DNA of 64,000 bases from the human T2T-CHM13v2.0 reference genome, Homo sapiens. Numbering within the stretch: the first letter of the stretch is position 1; each line of letters begins with the position of its first letter. The translations under genes were made by a program, and so were the position numbers. The stretch is from assembly GCF_009914755.1 (NCBI RefSeq), contig NC_060926.1; one strand, given 5' to 3'. Of this stretch, positions 59,237 to 64,000 are shown in pieces. The notes below the pieces were generated by a model. The model saw nothing but the letters and a program-made list of their open reading frames with translations, was not told the origin of the DNA and did not search any database.

Positions 59237-60850
59237 GCCTTTGCCTCTTCTTGTGGCCGTGCCTGACAGACCATCTGACTATCTCATAATATATGTACAT
59301 ATATACACACACAACACAAACCCCATACCAGGCCACCTGGGTTCTTTTTTCACAAATCTATGTCAACATGAGTATTGAGACCCAGCAAATCCTGGCAGAC
59401 AGCCACATCTTCTATTTACGCTGACTGGAAACAAACTCACATTTTCAGCGAGTGGGACAGGAGGAGCAAGTGCCTAAGAAGTGTTGGGTCTTGGTGGCTG
59501 GAAAAACCACATGTCCCAGAATTCTGCCCATTAGGTTGGTCAACATTACTGGGAAAAGCGACTTGAGGGGTCCTCCCTCAGTGGGGAAAAGCGGATGCCA
59601 CTTGCCTTAGCGTAAGATGGATGAACTGGCACTTCTCTCCTGACCCCGCTCTTCCAGCTGAGAACCATCACAAGGGAGGGGGCAGTTCTACAGGTGAAGC
59701 CTGGGAGGGAAGAATGAGTGAGAGGGTGGAGCCCCAGAGGTAATTCCTAAAGGCTGAGAGTAAGTAAGGGCCTTTGGGTAGCCTGAGGGTATTAGAGGCT
59801 CAGGGCTGTTGGAGCTGGAAAGGGAATAGAGACAGAGCCAGATGAGTGCCCAAAACCACCTTGTCAACTTAGACTTCAGAGGGCTCATCTCGCACCTGCC
59901 TCCAAACCCTCTCTTCTGAATTTCAAGGTGGAAGGAAAACTGTCTTTCTGTGACAGCATCTTCCCCTCTTTGGAAATCTTATTTGACATGGTTATTTGAC
60001 TCATGTTCCCTTTGGTTATAACATTCATTTGGTCAGTTCAACCTGTTTAAGCTTCTGTCCAGAGCCAAACTGTGCTTAGAGTAACAAGGACACACCCTAA
60101 GTGGTCCTCGTGGGGCTGGTGCAAGAACCAGCTTCTCCGGGAGACACACCCAAGGAGCTTGGCTTCCCTCAGCCCCCGCCCCACTGCTCACCCAAGCTGG
60201 GATTCCCCGCTCTCTGCCTTGTTTCCTTCTCACTTTGCTGCTAAACTAGCCACAATAAATCAAGAATCTGAAGTCTGCAAAGAAAAGGATCAGGGAATCT
60301 CTATGAAAAATTAGCAAAATGGGTGTTTGGGGACATTTTTTATTGTGCATGGGGACACTCTCAGTAGGGTGTATCATTATTTTGATTCTAATGCTGATAG
60401 TCTCACATTACAACTGAAAGCTAATTTTGTAGTTTGAAGTGGTTGATACCACAGACTTCCATGATACCTAACATGGCTAAGAGCCAAATTTCATCATTGC
60501 CCAAAAGTGGTCAGGCTCCTGAATGATCATATGACCATTTGGAGTCTGAACAGGTATTTATGAGTCCAGACTTCTGTTTCTAAGACTCTATCAAGAGAGA
60601 GATTTGGGGAAAGTTTTGGTTTATGATAATGAAGTATCAGGCTGAGTATGTGCCCCCCAAGTCCCTTCCTTCTTTACAAACCCACAGTGAATTAATCATC
60701 CACGAATCTATGTGTCTAGTGTAAAGAATTCATCTAGTTTTTTATTCTTTGATTTATCTTTTGGGATAAAACTCATTTTTCCCCATGGACAGACAGTTTA
60801 GAGACTGGAAAGAACAAAAGAGATAGCTCTTTGAGAATGATTTAGTATAA

Positions 60851-60856
60851 TTTATT
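60851..60856 (-). terminator. Poly(A) signal of copy 4
   Basis: tttatt on + (AATAAA on -), ~350 nt after the stop. Confidence 0.6.
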
Positions 60857-61203
60857 AAGATAAGTGTTGCTTTGTGTATACAAATATACCCAGGCAGCGG
60901 TAAAAACAGCACAGAAATGAAGGCAACCTTAGAGGCATTTCAAGGTCTAACTATCTTCACTCCATTTTGTTGAGGTCATGACTTGAGTTGTAATCAACAT
61001 AGAAGGCTGCATGGTTGTTATTTTTGTTGGTGATGATGATTAAATGCAGGCAGAATCACAAAAAAACTATAGAAATGTGAAATACTCACGGGCAGGTGAC
61101 AGGTTCAGGTCATGCTTGTGTCCTATTAGTCAGTGGCAGCCAGAAGGGGAAAGCTTACCTACAGCAGTTACCTGCAGCAGCTGCCAGAGGCTGAGGGCCC
61201 TAC

Positions 61204-61506
61204 CTAACAGCAGCATTGCTTCTGGCAGCAGCACTTCTGCTGGCAACAGCCCTTCCTACAGCCGCAGCCACATGAGCGGCAGGTGCGGCGGCAGCAGCAG
61301 ATCACAGGTGTGCTGCAACAGCCCCCACAGCAGCCGCGGCAGCAGGGGCAGCAGCTGGAGCAGCAGCCCACCCGGTAGCACCTGCAGGTGGTGCAGCTGC
61401 CACAGCCACCACCACAGCCACCACCGCAGCCACCACCGCAGCCACCACCGCAGCCACCACAGCCACCACCACAGCCACCACAACTTCCACAACCACAGCA
61501 GCCCAT
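61204..61506 (-). CDS. SCYGR3: Small Cys/Gly-repeat protein (KRTAP28-like), 100 aa, single exon
   Basis: Intact ORF MGCCGCGSC...QKQCCC; Kozak gacaccATGG; TATA and AATAAA present. Symbol number from recall. Confidence 0.92.
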   Translation of the reverse strand: MGCCGCGSCGGCGGGCGGCGGGCGGGCGGGCGGGCGSCTTCRCYRVGCCSSCCPCCRGCCGGCCSTPVICCCRRTCRSCGCGCRKGCCQQKCCCQKQCCC

Positions 61507-61596
61507 GGTGTCAGTAGAGAGGATGCGGATGAAGTGAAGAAGGAGGACTCAGGAGAGGTGAGGAGGTCTGATGCCTCCTTCTCCTGGGGGAGGCCC

Positions 61597-61650
61597 TTAT
61601 ATACCAACTCTGGAGACAGGAGAGGGAAGGCACATGACCACTTCCTTGTT
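61597..61650 (-). promoter_or_regulatory. Core promoter of copy 4: TATATAA and ETS-core element
   Basis: Minus strand aacaaggaagtggtcatgtg...cagagttggTATATAAggg. Confidence 0.78.
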
Positions 61651-62122
61651 GTCATTTGACTTGATGTACATGGAAGAATCCCTCCATCTCATATTGACTT
61701 TCCTTTCAGACATCTTTGTCTTCACTACATTTTTGGTTTTGTTTATTTTTTTCATAAAACTATATGCCAGTATAAGTTAAAAAGGCCTAAAAGTTCTAGG
61801 GAAGCATTCTGGGAGCTGACGTGTGGTGAGGCTGTCCTTAGTAATGACAGCCTTCTCCTTCTTCCTAAGATGCCCTGGGAATACGCGCCATGTGCATAGG
61901 TCCATGAGTTGTTAGCAGGGCTTACAAACCCCACACAGCACCAGGCAGTCCCTGCACTGAACAATCTGAGAGCTTCTCAGCGATAGGTACAGTGATATTG
62001 AAGGCACAGTCCCTGACTTCAAAGGGCTTGCAATAGTAAGTAACAACGCAAGCTGGGAGGTGTAAATGGCCACAGATTCAAAGGTCACTGCCAAAGTCAG
62101 ATGCCATCATCCCATTTATTGA

Positions 62123-62521
<399 letters not shown>

Positions 62522-63099
62522 TGATTAGGTGATGTCAATTGATGGCTGAGAGAAAAAAGTCTGTGCTAAATAGCCTGGCCTGGGCTCCCTAGAGAGCAGG
62601 CTCTTGGGCTATTGGGAGAGCGCAGGGTGGGAACATCGAGGGACACATGGTCCAGAGGTCAGAGAAGCTTGCTGAGCTGAATGAAGGCCCAGCATGGGGA
62701 GGAAAGGAGTTTATGGCTCCAAGGAGAAGCCTGTGGCTGTGGATCATGGTGGAGTGTGAGAATTTGTGACCAACAAGAAGCCTGTAAAAAAGGCAAGAAA
62801 AATATGAGTGCAAGCAGGGTCTTCTCCATGCATGCTGAGGTAGAGGCTTCTGGCGATCAGTCAGTGCTCAGCAGACAGCAGTCAGCATCTCTGCTGCAGA
62901 CGAGATCATCCTCCAACTCATTTTGTAACAGGCTCGCTGCCCAAAGCCTGTTTTCCCAACTTGGTAAAATTGTTCTTCAGAAATTTGAGCAAGAGAAAGT
63001 GCTGCCATGTCCCTGTGGCTGATTAGAGTTGTTTATTAATGACCTCAAGCTGTCTCTGTGGTATATGGACTAAACAGAGCATTTTCAACTTGTCAGGGA

Positions 63100-63560
63100 G
63101 TTGCTTGAACTGGGGTCGCGGGGACAGTGGAGCTAGAGAGACGTGAATAGGTTTGAAGTTATTAACGAGGCAGAAGCAACAGAATTTGGTGAAAGACTAG
63201 AAATGGAACTAAGAGAAAAGAAAGATTCAAAGATAATTTTTAACATGGATTCATATCTTGATGGATACGGAGCAGTGGAGGGAACACACAGTTTTATTTT
63301 GGTGGCTAGTTGGTGATCAGGCAGGGAGAATTATGACTTGAGTCTGGAGCATGTGACATTGGAGGTGTCCCTGAAACTCCAAGGGGAGAAGGTGGAATGG
63401 AGAGTGGCTATTGATGGATTTTGTAGTCCGCAGGAGAGTCTGAGCTGGAGGCACCCCATGGAGAAACTAACCAGGGAATACGCATATGGAAATCTACACA
63501 TGGGTGTGAATGTCAGCACTCTGGGAGGCAGGACGGAGTGAGAAGGGAAGGGAGTGTTGC
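63100..63560. mobile_element. L2 fragment
   Basis: ggcagaagcaacagaatttggtga...aaagataattttt...gagcatgtgacattggaggtgtcc. Confidence 0.55.
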
Positions 63561-64000
63561 TTCAAGCCTTATCATAGACAATTGTGAGCGGAAACAAAAC
63601 AGAAAAAAGAGTCATTTACTATAAAGATCCCTTCAGAAATATAGTTGGCAAGTGAGCATTTTTGCAAAAATGACATGTTTTATTTGGATGCTCTTATTTA
63701 CTCTTTTGCATCTCGGGAATTTCCATGAAAGCAGGGTGATTTCCTGGAGAGAAGCCATGGCAGAGAGATGGAAAAGCAGCTGGCAGCCACCTTGGGTTCC
63801 GGCTTAACCCGAAGTCTCAAGGATTCAAGTGGTTTCTGAGTAAATGAAGATCCTCTCCTACATGTTAGCATCTCTTGGCTTGCTTTTAATCTGGTTTTAA
63901 CAGAGACAAGTGAAAATTAGCAAATGTTTTGGGTCAAATATAGTCCATAAGGATGTAAACAAGGAATAGTCCTAGATAACCTTATCATGGAAACTGCAGT

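Overview
Primate (most likely human, 2q36.3) genomic DNA. Bases 1-~7.9 kb hold the last two coding exons (FG/NPF-motif C-terminus) and the long 3'UTR of AGFG1/HRB. A repeat-rich intergenic region follows (Alu, L1, L2, MIR, MaLR/ERVL LTRs, hAT/Tigger/piggyBac MITEs). From 33.8 kb on there is a cluster of four intronless small Cys/Gly-repeat genes (SCYGR / KRTAP28-like) in -,+,+,- orientation. Two are intact (108 aa and 100 aa). The other two are missing from the ORF track because each has one in-frame premature stop (TGA at codon 15; TAG at codon 48) while keeping full-length frame, TATA-like box and poly(A) signal. The four copies share an ETS/TATA core promoter, an invariant-length 65-aa C-terminal block and a variable GGGC coding minisatellite, and show a mosaic identity pattern consistent with gene conversion. 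The family is named but poorly characterised. SCYGR numbers are assigned from recalled order and length, and repeat subfamily names and boundaries are by eye; both need checking.
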